A stretch of 64,000 bases of DNA from Microthrixaceae bacterium. GTDB lineage: Bacteria; Actinomycetota; Acidimicrobiia; Acidimicrobiales; VFJN01. The notes below the pieces were generated by a model that was not told the origin of the DNA, made no database searches, and saw only the letters and a program-made list of their open reading frames with translations. Location: the NCBI GenBank assembly GCA_052390255.1, contig JBQTHC010000007.1, positions 2,745 through 66,744 of the forward strand, written 5' to 3'. Below, one piece after another: positions 50,211-59,054 of this stretch. Position 1 is the stretch's first letter. Each line of letters begins with the position of its first letter. The position numbers and the translations under genes were made by a program.

Positions 50211-50954
50211 TCAGGAACCGGTGCGGGCGTGGGAGCCCGGTCCGGTTCCGACCCAGCTCGAGGTCCACGACAGCGAGCTCCCGGCGCAGGGGGGCAATCC
50301 GTGCGACGGGTCGTTCACACCGGAGAAGGCACGGGACACGCAGTCGGCCCACGCCTCTTCCGGTCGGTTGCTGTAGGCGGGCCAGCCCTCAGGCGCCGCG
50401 CCGTTGAAGGCCTGCGACCCGTAGCGGAATGCGATCAGGTGGCCGAACTCGTGCGCCACCGTCGCGCGGAGTGCGGCGTCGCTGCCGTTCGCGTGCGCCG
50501 AGCCGATCTGGATCGTGCCGTCGTGTGCCGCCCACGACGTGTTGCCCTCGATGAGCTGGAAGCGGACCGAGATGGCGGACCGCCAGGCCGCGGGGACCGA
50601 CCGCTCGTACGCCGCCTGGACGCGCACTGCAGGGTCGACCGGAGGCGGCGGCGGGGGAGGTGGGGGTGCGGGCGCGGGGGCCGGTGCCGGGCGCGGTGCG
50701 GGCGCGGGCGCCACCGTGGTGGGGGGCGCAGGGACGGTGGTGGGAGGAGCGGTCGTCTCGGGCGCAGCGACGGGGAGCGCCACCTCGGCCACGGCACCCT
50801 CGAGCGCCTGCGCGGTGACCCGGTCGACGGCCGGAGACTGCGCCGCGGAGCGGCCGGCGGTCTCTGCGATCGCTGCGGCGGCCCCGAGCTGCAACCCCAG
50901 GATCGCGAGGCACAGCACGCGGACTGGGCGAGAGATCCGGTCGGGGCGAGCCAT
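50211..50954 (-). CDS. Secreted Pro/Thr-linker protein with HExxH zincin domain
   Basis: Signal peptide, PAPAP linker, VAHEFGH ... EEAWADC. Confidence 0.7.
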   Translation of the reverse strand: MARPDRISRPVRVLCLAILGLQLGAAAAIAETAGRSAAQSPAVDRVTAQALEGAVAEVALPVAAPETTAPPTTVPAPPTTVAPAPAPRPAPAPAPAPPPPPPPPPVDPAVRVQAAYERSVPAAWRSAISVRFQLIEGNTSWAAHDGTIQIGSAHANGSDAALRATVAHEFGHLIAFRYGSQAFNGAAPEGWPAYSNRPEEAWADCVSRAFSGVNDPSHGLPPCAGSSLSWTSSWVGTGPGSHARTGS

Positions 50955-51165
50955 GCCCAAGACGTCGACCCACCGGCACGGCGGGCCGCAGAGGGCCCTG
51001 CACCCCATCGGCAGGCCGATCGCGCCTCGTTGCTGGTCTCAGCGCACTAGGCCGAATGGACCAATCCCAGCGGGTCTCGCTGAACCCCTCCTAAAGGTGC
51101 ATGTCGATCAGGACGAATGCATCGATGTGACGTTTTGAGGGAAACGTCCCCTGGAGGAGTGTGAG

Positions 51166-51870
51166 ATGCAAGGACCCACCACCACAGCGAGGATCACCGT
51201 GCTCGTGATCGACGACCACGAGCTGCTGAGCACGGCCCTGGGGGCCGCGTTCCATCAAGACGGACGCACGACGGTGACCGGCACCGCCTCGACGATCGCG
51301 GAGGGTGTCGACGCCGCCCGTCGGCTCCTGCCGGACGTGATCCTCACGGATCGCCGCCTGCCCGACGGTGACATGGACGAGCGCATCGACGAGCTCCGCG
51401 CAGCGAGCCCGAGCTCGCGCATCGTGCTGATGACGGGGTGGCCCACGCAGCGGTCGTGCCTCGCGGCACTCGATGCCGGCGTCCAGGGCATCATCTCGAA
51501 GGCGCAGCCCGTCTCCCAGATCCTCGACACGGTCGCTCGCGTGGTGGCAGGCGATCTCGTTGTCCCGGCGACGCTGACCCCGGTGCTCCTCGCGCGCACC
51601 GGTCGGTCAGACGTCGCGCGGCCGAACGACCTCTCGCGCCGCGAGCTCGACGTGCTCGAAGCGCTCGCGTGCGGGGAGTCGACCTTGGCGGCAGCGCGTC
51701 GCCTCTGCATCAGCAACAACACCGTTCGCAACCATCTCGCGCGAGCGATGCTCAAGCTCGGCGTGCACGACCGCCTCTCCGCGGTCTCCGAGGCCATCCG
51801 TCTCGGCCTCGTCGCGCCCCGCCTGCCCGGTTCCACCCAGGGATCCGAGCGCGAGGCGGCGTGCTGGTGA
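51166..51870 (+). CDS. NarL/LuxR-family response regulator
   Basis: GGAGGAG RBS; DDH, phosphoacceptor Asp in ILTDRRLPDGD; LSRRELDVL HTH. Confidence 0.9.
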   Translation: MQGPTTTARITVLVIDDHELLSTALGAAFHQDGRTTVTGTASTIAEGVDAARRLLPDVILTDRRLPDGDMDERIDELRAASPSSRIVLMTGWPTQRSCLAALDAGVQGIISKAQPVSQILDTVARVVAGDLVVPATLTPVLLARTGRSDVARPNDLSRRELDVLEALACGESTLAAARRLCISNNTVRNHLARAMLKLGVHDRLSAVSEAIRLGLVAPRLPGSTQGSEREAACW

Positions 51871-54209
51871 CTGCCATCGACGCCTCGGTGGACCTCACCG
51901 CCGATCTGCTGCTCGCGGTCGAGCGTGACGAGGTGCGTGTCCACTACCTCCCGATCGTCGGGCTGACCAACGGGCTCGTGGTCGGCGTCGAGGCGCTCGC
52001 CCGGTGGCATCGCGCTGATCGCGTGCTCGACACGCAGGTGTTCCTCGGGCTTGCCGAGCGCACCGGGAGCATCGTGGACATCGGGCATCGCGTGATGGAG
52101 CGCGCGTTCGCCGACGTGATGCGGTGGAACACGCGCAACCCGGCCCGTTCGCCGCTTCGGCTGTCCGTGAACCTGTCGCTGCGCCAGCTCGAGCATCCCG
52201 ACTTCGTCAACCGTCTCCACGGCCTGCTTGACGCGACGGGGTTCGACGCGTCGAGCCTCTGGTTGGAGGTCGGCGAGGACTCGTTGCACGCGCTCGGTCA
52301 TGCGGTGGGACCAATCCTCCTGTCGCTGCAGGAGCGCGGCATCCGGCTGTCCGTCGACGACTTCGGCACGGGTGCGTCGTCGCTCGTCGCGTTGCAGCGC
52401 TATCACCTCGACGAGCTGAAGATCGATCGCTCGTTCGTCGCGCAGATGGACGCCGATGGTGACGCCGCCACGATCGTGCGCGGCGTCGTCCGCCTTGCCC
52501 AGTCGCTCGGTCTCGACACTGTCGCTGAGGGCGTCGAGCGGCCGGTGCAGGAGCAGATGCTTCGCTCGCTCGGCTGCGAGCTCGCGCAGGGCTGGCTCTA
52601 TGCGAGGCCCGGTGAGGACCTCGATGCCACGATCGCGACGGCGGACCGAGCGGCGAACGACTCGCTCGATCGTCGCCCCGCCGAGAACCAGGAGCTCTGG
52701 GAGGGCTCGCCGTCGGCGCTGAGCGCCACCCGCTTCGTGGAGGCTGTGTTCGAGAGCGCGCCGATCGGGATGGTCCTCATCGACGAGGCCGGTCGACATC
52801 TCGCAGCCAACCCAGCCGTGGCTCGTCTGCTCGGACGCGAGGTCGACGAGCTCCTCGACATGACCTGCTGGGAAGCCGTGCACCCTGAGGACCTCCGCGA
52901 GGATCTCGCTGGGATGGACGCGCTCCTGCGTGGTGAGTGCCCCACCTACGTCGTCGAAGAGCGTGTCGTGGGCCGTGACGGTCTGCCGCGCTGGGTCGAG
53001 GTGACGGTCACCGGTGTGCCCGGGGACCACCAGGCGAACGGCACCCACGCTCGCCTGTTGCGGCAGGTGCGCAGCATCGAGGAGACGCGGCGCGCGAGCG
53101 AAGACGCGGCGGTGCTCCGCAGCGTCGTTGCTGCGTCACCCGATGCGCTCGTCATCACCGACGAGCTCGGTCGGTGCACGCTGTGGAACCCAGCAGCCGA
53201 ACGCCTCTTCGGCTGGACGGAGAAGGAGATGCTCGGCTCGACGCTCACCCGGCTCGTCGACGCGCGGTCGCAGCTGTTCCTCGCGCGCACGGTCGGCGAC
53301 GCCACGGCGGGCGCCGCGGTGCGCTGGCCCGACGCAACCTGGCTTAGCTCGACCGGCGAGGAGCGCGCCGTCGACGTGACGTTCGGTCCGATCGTCGACG
53401 CGAGCGGCACGCGGATGGGTCTCGTCGTGCTCGCGCGCGACGTGAGCGAGCAACGAGCCGCAGCCGCAGAGCTCGCGTTGGCGCACGAGGCACTCGGGCT
53501 GCACGCGGCCGACGTGGCAGCGGCCAACGTGCGCCTCGAGACCTTCGCCAGCACCTTGTCGCACGACCTCATGCAGCCGGTCGTCGCCCTCGACGGGTTC
53601 CTCTCGCTCCTCCGGGAGGAGGCGACCGAGCTCGACGACGAGCATCGCGAGTGGCTCGCCGGCGCCCTGCGCGGCAAGGACCGAGTGTCGGCCGCGATCG
53701 ACGCGCTCTATCGCAACGCCGTCGACGAGGAGCTCAGCCTCGTGCCGGTCGACATGGCCCGTCTCGTGTCGGATCTCGTGCCCGGCTTGATCGCCGAGAT
53801 CGGCGGCGCCGAGGTGATCGTGGGCGACCTGCCCACCGTGGCGGCCGACTGGGGTCTCGTCACGCAGATCCTCGCCAACCTGATCCAGAACGCCGGCCGC
53901 TACCGCCACGAGGAGCGACCGCTCGTGGTCGACCTTCAGGCACGCACCGATGGTGCTGACGCGTGGGTCATCGTTGTGGCCGACACCGGCAAGGGCATCA
54001 GCACCGACGAGCTCGAGGCCGTGTTCCAGCCTGGCCGGCGTGGCCGCTCCGCGGACGGGGTCGGCGGCACGGGGACCGGTCTGGCGACCGTGCGTACGCT
54101 CATGCAGCGCATGGGTGGCGAGGCGTGGGCCGAGCCCGAGCCCTCCGGCGGCGTGCGCATGTGCCTTCGCTTCCAAGGGGCCCTCGTCACCGCCCCCACC
54201 GCACACTGA
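51867..54209 (+). CDS. EAL-PAS-PAS-HisKA-HATPase hybrid sensor protein
   Basis: EALARW, NLS, DDFGTG, KIDRSF, AEGVE, QGW; two PAS (NPA, HPED; WNPAAERLFGW); SHDL H-box, N-box, DTGKG, GTGL. Confidence 0.88.
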   Translation: MTAIDASVDLTADLLLAVERDEVRVHYLPIVGLTNGLVVGVEALARWHRADRVLDTQVFLGLAERTGSIVDIGHRVMERAFADVMRWNTRNPARSPLRLSVNLSLRQLEHPDFVNRLHGLLDATGFDASSLWLEVGEDSLHALGHAVGPILLSLQERGIRLSVDDFGTGASSLVALQRYHLDELKIDRSFVAQMDADGDAATIVRGVVRLAQSLGLDTVAEGVERPVQEQMLRSLGCELAQGWLYARPGEDLDATIATADRAANDSLDRRPAENQELWEGSPSALSATRFVEAVFESAPIGMVLIDEAGRHLAANPAVARLLGREVDELLDMTCWEAVHPEDLREDLAGMDALLRGECPTYVVEERVVGRDGLPRWVEVTVTGVPGDHQANGTHARLLRQVRSIEETRRASEDAAVLRSVVAASPDALVITDELGRCTLWNPAAERLFGWTEKEMLGSTLTRLVDARSQLFLARTVGDATAGAAVRWPDATWLSSTGEERAVDVTFGPIVDASGTRMGLVVLARDVSEQRAAAAELALAHEALGLHAADVAAANVRLETFASTLSHDLMQPVVALDGFLSLLREEATELDDEHREWLAGALRGKDRVSAAIDALYRNAVDEELSLVPVDMARLVSDLVPGLIAEIGGAEVIVGDLPTVAADWGLVTQILANLIQNAGRYRHEERPLVVDLQARTDGADAWVIVVADTGKGISTDELEAVFQPGRRGRSADGVGGTGTGLATVRTLMQRMGGEAWAEPEPSGGVRMCLRFQGALVTAPTAH

Positions 54210-54229
54210 CCAGGCTCGCGGTCGGAGTG

Positions 54230-54505
54230 CTAGGTGCGCCGCGACGGGGGAGCGACGCGCACGGGTTCCGAGTCCGTCGAGCACGAGGGTTCGGTGCTGC
54301 GGCGACGTACGCCGAGGTACGCCGCTCCGGCAAGCATGGCCACCGCGATCCCGGCCGCTCCGACGAAGAGGCTGCCGATCGTCCCGACGACGCTCAGCCC
54401 GCCGAGGACGGCGAGGATCGGCCCGGCACAGCACGCGGCACACGCAGCGATGCCGATGCCGACGACGCGGAACGGCTCCTTCTTCGTCGTGGTGGGCTCG
54501 GTCAT
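54230..54505 (-). CDS. Small Cys-rich 2-TM protein (mercury-transporter-like)
   Basis: ACAACCAGP in first TM; coupled to MerR gene. Confidence 0.6.
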   Translation of the reverse strand: MTEPTTTKKEPFRVVGIGIAACAACCAGPILAVLGGLSVVGTIGSLFVGAAGIAVAMLAGAAYLGVRRRSTEPSCSTDSEPVRVAPPSRRT

Positions 54506-55248
54506 GCCGCCTCTCCGAACAGCGCAGTGACGATCTCATCGGCACCGTCCGGGGCTCGCACTTCGAGTCCGACCCCGCGTTGGTCCACGGTGATGGTGAA
54601 CGCGAAGAACGCGCAGCACGCCTGCTCCGCGCTGACGAGCCTTGCGAGCTCCGCCCACGACACATCTGCGGCGAACCCGAGCCGCAACGCGCCGTCGGCG
54701 GTTCGCCCGCGTGTCTCAGCTTGGTCGAGGAGCGTCTGCCACTTCGCGAGCCGGTCGGGCATCGCCGCCGCGTCGAGCGTGCACGCGATCGGAGCTTCGG
54801 CCGGCTTGGAGACGACCGACACCGCGATGCGCCTGCTCGTGTGACCCGAGACGCAGGCGCAGCCCTCACCGCAGGGGCCATCGCTGGCCGGGCCCGAGAG
54901 CTGCCGGGCGGCAGCCTGAAGCTGCGCAGCAAAGGCGGTCAGCTCGGCGAGCTGCGCCTGCGTGGCGGCGGTGTTCGATGTCACGAGCTCGTGGAACCGT
55001 CGCACGGTCGGCCTGCATTGCTCGCCGTCCCAGATCGCGACGAGATCGACGATGTCCTCGAGCGAGCAGCCGAGCTTCTTGGCGCGCGCGATGAACGCGA
55101 GGCGCGCCAGCGCGTGGTCGTCGTAGACCCGGTACCCGCTGTCGCTGCGCGTCACCGGCGACACGAGCCCGCGGCGGTCGTAGTAGCGGAGCGCCGAGGT
55201 GGTGAAGCCGGTTCGCTGGGCAACCTCTCCGATCGTGAAGGTGCGCAT
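54502..55248 (-). CDS. MerR-family regulator with Cys-rich C-terminal extension
   Basis: TIGEVAQRTG...LRYY...SGYRVY; C-terminal CGEGCAC, IACTL and EQACCAFF. Confidence 0.9.
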   Translation of the reverse strand: MRTFTIGEVAQRTGFTTSALRYYDRRGLVSPVTRSDSGYRVYDDHALARLAFIARAKKLGCSLEDIVDLVAIWDGEQCRPTVRRFHELVTSNTAATQAQLAELTAFAAQLQAAARQLSGPASDGPCGEGCACVSGHTSRRIAVSVVSKPAEAPIACTLDAAAMPDRLAKWQTLLDQAETRGRTADGALRLGFAADVSWAELARLVSAEQACCAFFAFTITVDQRGVGLEVRAPDGADEIVTALFGEAA

Positions 55249-55254
55249 GCGCCC

Positions 55255-55286
55255 AACCTACGGGTTCGACCCGGGTTGAAGGTCAA
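55255..55286 (-). promoter_or_regulatory. MerR-type promoter/operator
   Basis: TTGACC - 20 bp - TAGGTT; dyad TTCAACCC/GGGTCGAA in the spacer; ATG 6 nt after -10 (leaderless). Confidence 0.8.
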
Positions 55287-55439
55287 GGGCGCTGTCGGTC
55301 GCGAGGCGCAGCATCGCAAGCAGGCTCGTCACGGCGATGCCGCCGCCGACCGGGCTCGTGGCTGGGTCAGCGCCCATCATGACCGATCGGACTGACTCGA
55401 CGGCGACGTGGGCCGCGAGCGCAAGGAAGGAGACGGCGA

Positions 55440-55802
55440 TCAGGATGCGGCGCCGAGCGCGCTCGCCAGATCGTCAGGGATCGGTGCCGACTGGCGGAGC
55501 GGTACCCGTGCGCGCCCGTTGTTGCCGGTCGGGGTCGCGCCCCGGAGGGAGGCAGGCCCGGCGACGACGATGCGGACGACTTGGCCGACGACTTCCCGGC
55601 GATCCCGTTCGCGCACCCCGAGGCGCAGCATCGCGACGTGCGAGCCGACGTGGGCGACGGCGAACGCTTGGGAGAGGATGTGTGCGCGCTCGAGATGCCG
55701 CCATGCGCGCTCAAGCTCGCCGGCGCGCTCGGCCTCGGCCGCGCGAGCGCGTTCGCGGCGGTAGTGCCCATGGACCGTGGCGGGCATCCTCAGTCGGCTC
55801 AT
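55440..55802 (-). CDS. DUF3703 family protein
   Basis: AWRHLERAHILSQ...H...H..ML...E..GQ..R...P.GN.G. Confidence 0.85.
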   Translation of the reverse strand: MSRLRMPATVHGHYRRERARAAEAERAGELERAWRHLERAHILSQAFAVAHVGSHVAMLRLGVRERDRREVVGQVVRIVVAGPASLRGATPTGNNGRARVPLRQSAPIPDDLASALGAAS

Positions 55803-56107
55803 CGATCCTCCTCAGGGCAGTAGGGCGAGACGACGAGACCGGCGAGGTCGGTCAGCGCGCTGGCCAGTCGATCGTCGGCGAGCTCGTAGAGAACCTTGCG
55901 GCCCTGGTGGGTACCTCGCACGAGCCCGCAGTCGCGCAGACAGGCGAGATGGTTCGACACGTTCGCCTTGGTCGTCCCGAGCGCCTCGGCAAGGTCGGAC
56001 GGATAGGCGGACCCAGCAAGCAGCTCCATGAGGAGGCGCCTGCGAGTGTCGTCGGCGAGCGCACGTCCGACGCGGGCAAGCGCTTCGAGGTTGATCGTTT
56101 CGAGCAT
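55799..56107 (-). CDS. ArsR/SmtB metalloregulator (CmtR-like)
   Basis: ALADDTRRRLL, NVSNHLACLRDCGLV, C-terminal Cys; start may be 56116. Confidence 0.85.
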   Translation of the reverse strand: MLETINLEALARVGRALADDTRRRLLMELLAGSAYPSDLAEALGTTKANVSNHLACLRDCGLVRGTHQGRKVLYELADDRLASALTDLAGLVVSPYCPEEDR

Positions 56108-56205
56108 CACCGGCATCGCGTGATAATACACCGGTGGCTGAACATTACATCAGGGGCTGAAGCATTCTGAGGCCGATCGCCCCGACCGTGCCCGAAACGG
56201 CACGA

Positions 56206-56236
56206 GACCAGGGTTCCTCGACGGAGTGCCCTGGTC
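56206..56236 (-). terminator. Hairpin downstream of tRNA-Lys
   Basis: GACCAGGG...CCCTGGTC 8-bp arms. Confidence 0.5.
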
Positions 56237-56245
56237 CCTGTGTCG

Positions 56246-56319
56246 TACCCCCCCTGGGACTCGAACCCAGAACCTGCGGATTAAGAGTCCGACGCTCTGA
56301 CCAATTGAGCTAGAGGGGC
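56246..56319 (-). tRNA. tRNA-Lys(CTT)
   Basis: GCCCCTCTAGCTCAATTGG...GGACTCTTAATCC...GGTTCGAGTCC cloverleaf. Confidence 0.95.
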
Positions 56320-56395
56320 GTGTGGACCTCGCAGCCTAGGCGCTCGCGCGCCTGGCTACGAAGGCCTACTGGTCGTGTGGTCGAACGGTGCTGCT

Positions 56396-56473
56396 TGGGG
56401 TGACAGAGGGGACTTGAACCGCCGGCCTCCAGGGCCACAACCTGGCGCTCTAACCACCTGAGCTACGGCCACC
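56396..56473 (-). tRNA. tRNA-His(GTG) with G-1, C73 and encoded CCA; two stem mismatches
   Basis: CCAGG-TTGTGGC-CCTGG anticodon arm; C6xU67 and C51xC63 mismatches. Confidence 0.88.
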
Positions 56474-56560
56474 ATGGGAGCGGTCAGCATAGGTCAGCAC
56501 GGGCATCGCTCATCAACCGTGAACGAGCGCTCGAGGTCTGACGCCTACGCTTCGAAGCGG

Positions 56561-56634
56561 GCCTCCGTAGCTCAGATGGACAGAGCAGCGGACTTCTAAT
56601 CCGACGGTCGCACGTTCGAGTCGTGCCGGAGGCG
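56561..56634 (+). tRNA. tRNA-Arg(TCT)
   Basis: GCCTCCG/CGGAGGC acceptor; CTTCTAA loop; GCACG-TTCGAGT-CGTGC T arm. Confidence 0.95.
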
Positions 56635-56650
56635 CTCGAGTGCCCGTCCC

Positions 56651-57010
56651 TCAGGCGACCGGGCGCACGACCCGACGCAACCCCAAGCCGAGGCCGAGCA
56701 GCCCGAGCCCGACGCCCAGCATCGACTCCATGCCGGTCTGCGCAACGCCGTCGACCCCGCCCGTGGGTGGCGTCGAGGTCCCGAGACCGCTGCCTTCGAT
56801 CGCCGGCGTCGGCGCGTCGCCCATGGTCGAGGTGGTCGTGGCTGGCACGGTCGTGGAAGTGGTCGTCGAGGTCGTGCTGGTGGCCGCGGCGGGTGCGGCC
56901 GAGTCGCGCCCGCCGAGGTCCCCAGGCCGCGCGATCGCGAGCGCGCTGCCTACGGCGAAGAGCAGCGCGGCGGCACTCAGGACGAGCTTCTCGGGGGGGT
57001 TCAGGGTCAT
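56651..57010 (-). CDS. Small Thr-rich exported protein with C-terminal (V)AQTG-TM-basic tail
   Basis: N-terminal TM, poly-Thr/Ser tract, VAQTG, hydrophobic segment, RR. Confidence 0.55.
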   Translation of the reverse strand: MTLNPPEKLVLSAAALLFAVGSALAIARPGDLGGRDSAAPAAATSTTSTTTSTTVPATTTSTMGDAPTPAIEGSGLGTSTPPTGGVDGVAQTGMESMLGVGLGLLGLGLGLRRVVRPVA

Positions 57011-57027
57011 GCACCTCGACTGCGGAC

Positions 57028-57102
57028 TGGAGCGGGCGACGGGAATCGAACCCGCACCACCAGCTTGGAAGGCTGGGGCTCTAGCCGTTGAGCTACGCCC
57101 GC
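57028..57102 (-). tRNA. tRNA-Gly(TCC)
   Basis: GCGGGCGTAGCTCA...CCAGCCTTCCAAGCTGG...GGTTCGATTCCCGTCGCCCGCTCCA. Confidence 0.96.
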
Positions 57103-57260
57103 CAGATGACGGCGACCGTAGTGCCGTGCGCCCGCGCACCTCCAACGCTTCCCCAGCATCGACCCATCATGGTCGGCGTGCGGCGCAGGACGGCGGACTT
57201 GACGCCACGCCGGTGGCGTGCGATATCTGAGCACCTGCTGGACCTGTGGCTGGAGCACCC

Positions 57261-58172
57261 GTGAGCGGCGACCACGGTCACCACCACGGCCCGATCCGGG
57301 CCGGCGAACGGCACAGGGCGCCCCTCGCGGTGGCGTTCGGGCTGCTGGCCGTGTTCATGGTGGTGGAGGTCGTCGCGGGCCTTGCCACGCGCTCGCTCGC
57401 GCTGCTCTCCGACGCCGGCCACATGCTCACCGACGTGCTGGGTCTCGGGATGTCGCTCGCCGCGATCCAGCTCGCGAGTCGCGGCTCGGACCGTCGGCAC
57501 CACACGTTCGGGCTCTACCGGCTCGAGATCCTCGCCGCGCTCGCCAACGCCGTGCTGCTCATCGGAGTGGCGATCTACGTCCTCGTGGAGGCGGTCAGCC
57601 GGTTCAACGACCCGCCGGACGTGCTCGGCGCGCCGATGCTCGTCGTCGCATCGCTCGGGCTCGTCGCGAACCTCGTCGCGTTCGCGCTGCTGCGCTCGGG
57701 CTCCAAGGAGTCGCTCAACGTGGAGGGCGCGTACCTCGAGGTGGTCGCCGACACGGTGGGCTCGGTGGGCGTCATCGTGGCGGCGGTCATCATCCAGGTC
57801 ACCGGCTCGACATGGGTCGATCCGGCGGTGGGCATCGCGATCGGCTTGTGGATCGTTCCGCGCACGTTGCGTCTCGCCAGCCGAGCGGTGCGGATCCTCG
57901 TCCAGGCCGCGCCACCAGGCACCGATCTCGACGCCATTGAAGCAGCGCTCGCGGGCCTCGACGGCGTGGTCGACGTGCACGACCTGCACATCTGGACGCT
58001 CACGTCGGAGATGGACGTCGCGTCCGCACATCTGATGGTGCGCGCTGGGACCGACACCCACTCGGTCCTCGACCAGGCCCGGGTGCTGCTGCGCGACGTC
58101 CATCGGATCGACCACGCCACCCTCCAGATCGAGCCCGACACCCACACCGGCTGCGACGAGGTCGCCTGGTGA
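57261..58172 (+). CDS. Cation diffusion facilitator (CzcD/ZitB-like) metal exporter
   Basis: His-rich N-terminus, SLALLSDAGHMLTD, TFGLYRLE, HDLHIW, HATLQIE. Confidence 0.92.
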   Translation: MSGDHGHHHGPIRAGERHRAPLAVAFGLLAVFMVVEVVAGLATRSLALLSDAGHMLTDVLGLGMSLAAIQLASRGSDRRHHTFGLYRLEILAALANAVLLIGVAIYVLVEAVSRFNDPPDVLGAPMLVVASLGLVANLVAFALLRSGSKESLNVEGAYLEVVADTVGSVGVIVAAVIIQVTGSTWVDPAVGIAIGLWIVPRTLRLASRAVRILVQAAPPGTDLDAIEAALAGLDGVVDVHDLHIWTLTSEMDVASAHLMVRAGTDTHSVLDQARVLLRDVHRIDHATLQIEPDTHTGCDEVAW

Positions 58173-58191
58173 GCCTCTCGGCGCGCAGCCC

Positions 58192-58869
58192 TCAGCTCGG
58201 TGCGGTGACGTGCCGGTCGGGATCCTCCGCGAACGCTGCTACGCAGCCGAGGCTGCAGAACCAGTAGTCCCGGTCGTGGTGGCGCAGCCGTCCGGCGGCT
58301 TCGGCACGGGCCACCTGCATCCGGCACACCGGATCGATCGCGGTCCCCGCGGCGGCGGGGCACACCTCGAGCTCGAAGAGCTCGACGGGTTGCGCCAGGT
58401 TGCGCAGCTCGAACGCACCGAGGTCCACGACGGTCACGCCGGCGCGGCGGGCCGCCTCGGCCACCTCGTCCGTGGCGAGCACCTGGCCACCGTGGGCCTG
58501 TCCCGCCACGCGGGCCGCGAGGTTCACGCTCCCGCCGAGGTAGTCGCCGGATCGTGCGATCGCCGCGCCGTGGTGGAGCCCCGCGCGCAGGACCGGCAGA
58601 CCCGGTTCGGCGCTGGCGGTGGTGAAGAGCCGGGTGAGCGCCGAGATCGCAGCGGAGGGATCGGCGAACACGACCATGACGGCGTCGCCGATCGTCTTCA
58701 CGAGGCGATCGCCAACGCCGAGTGCCTCTGTCGTGATCGCCTCGAACCGATCGACGAGCGTCACCGCCTCGCTGTCACCGTGGACCTCGGTGAGCGCCGT
58801 GAACCCGGCCAGGTCGACGAACCCGAACGTCGCCTCGATCTCTCCAGCACGAGCATCGGCGTCAGCCAT
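58192..58869 (-). CDS. Class III adenylate cyclase fused to C-terminal YHS domain
   Basis: FVDLAGFT, VKTIGDAVM, DYLGGSVNLAARV; IDPVCRM...YWFCSLGC. Confidence 0.87.
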   Translation of the reverse strand: MADADARAGEIEATFGFVDLAGFTALTEVHGDSEAVTLVDRFEAITTEALGVGDRLVKTIGDAVMVVFADPSAAISALTRLFTTASAEPGLPVLRAGLHHGAAIARSGDYLGGSVNLAARVAGQAHGGQVLATDEVAEAARRAGVTVVDLGAFELRNLAQPVELFELEVCPAAAGTAIDPVCRMQVARAEAAGRLRHHDRDYWFCSLGCVAAFAEDPDRHVTAPS

Positions 58870-58889
58870 CCCGCGCAGCCTCCCAGAGA

Positions 58890-58964
58890 TGGTCGGGGAG
58901 GGGGGATTCGAACCCCCGACCTCCTGCTCCCAAAGCAGGTGCGCTACCACTGCGCCACTCCCCG
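58890..58964 (-). tRNA. tRNA-Pro(TGG)
   Basis: CGGGGAGTGGCGCAG...CCTGCTTTGGGAGCAGG...GGTTCGAATCC...CCGACCA. Confidence 0.96.
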
Positions 58965-59054
58965 TGGACGGCGCCGAGCGTAGTTGCGGCCCTTCCGCGG
59001 CCCTGAAACGGCGTGCCGGGTCGACACACCCCCACCGATACACTCGCCCCTCGC

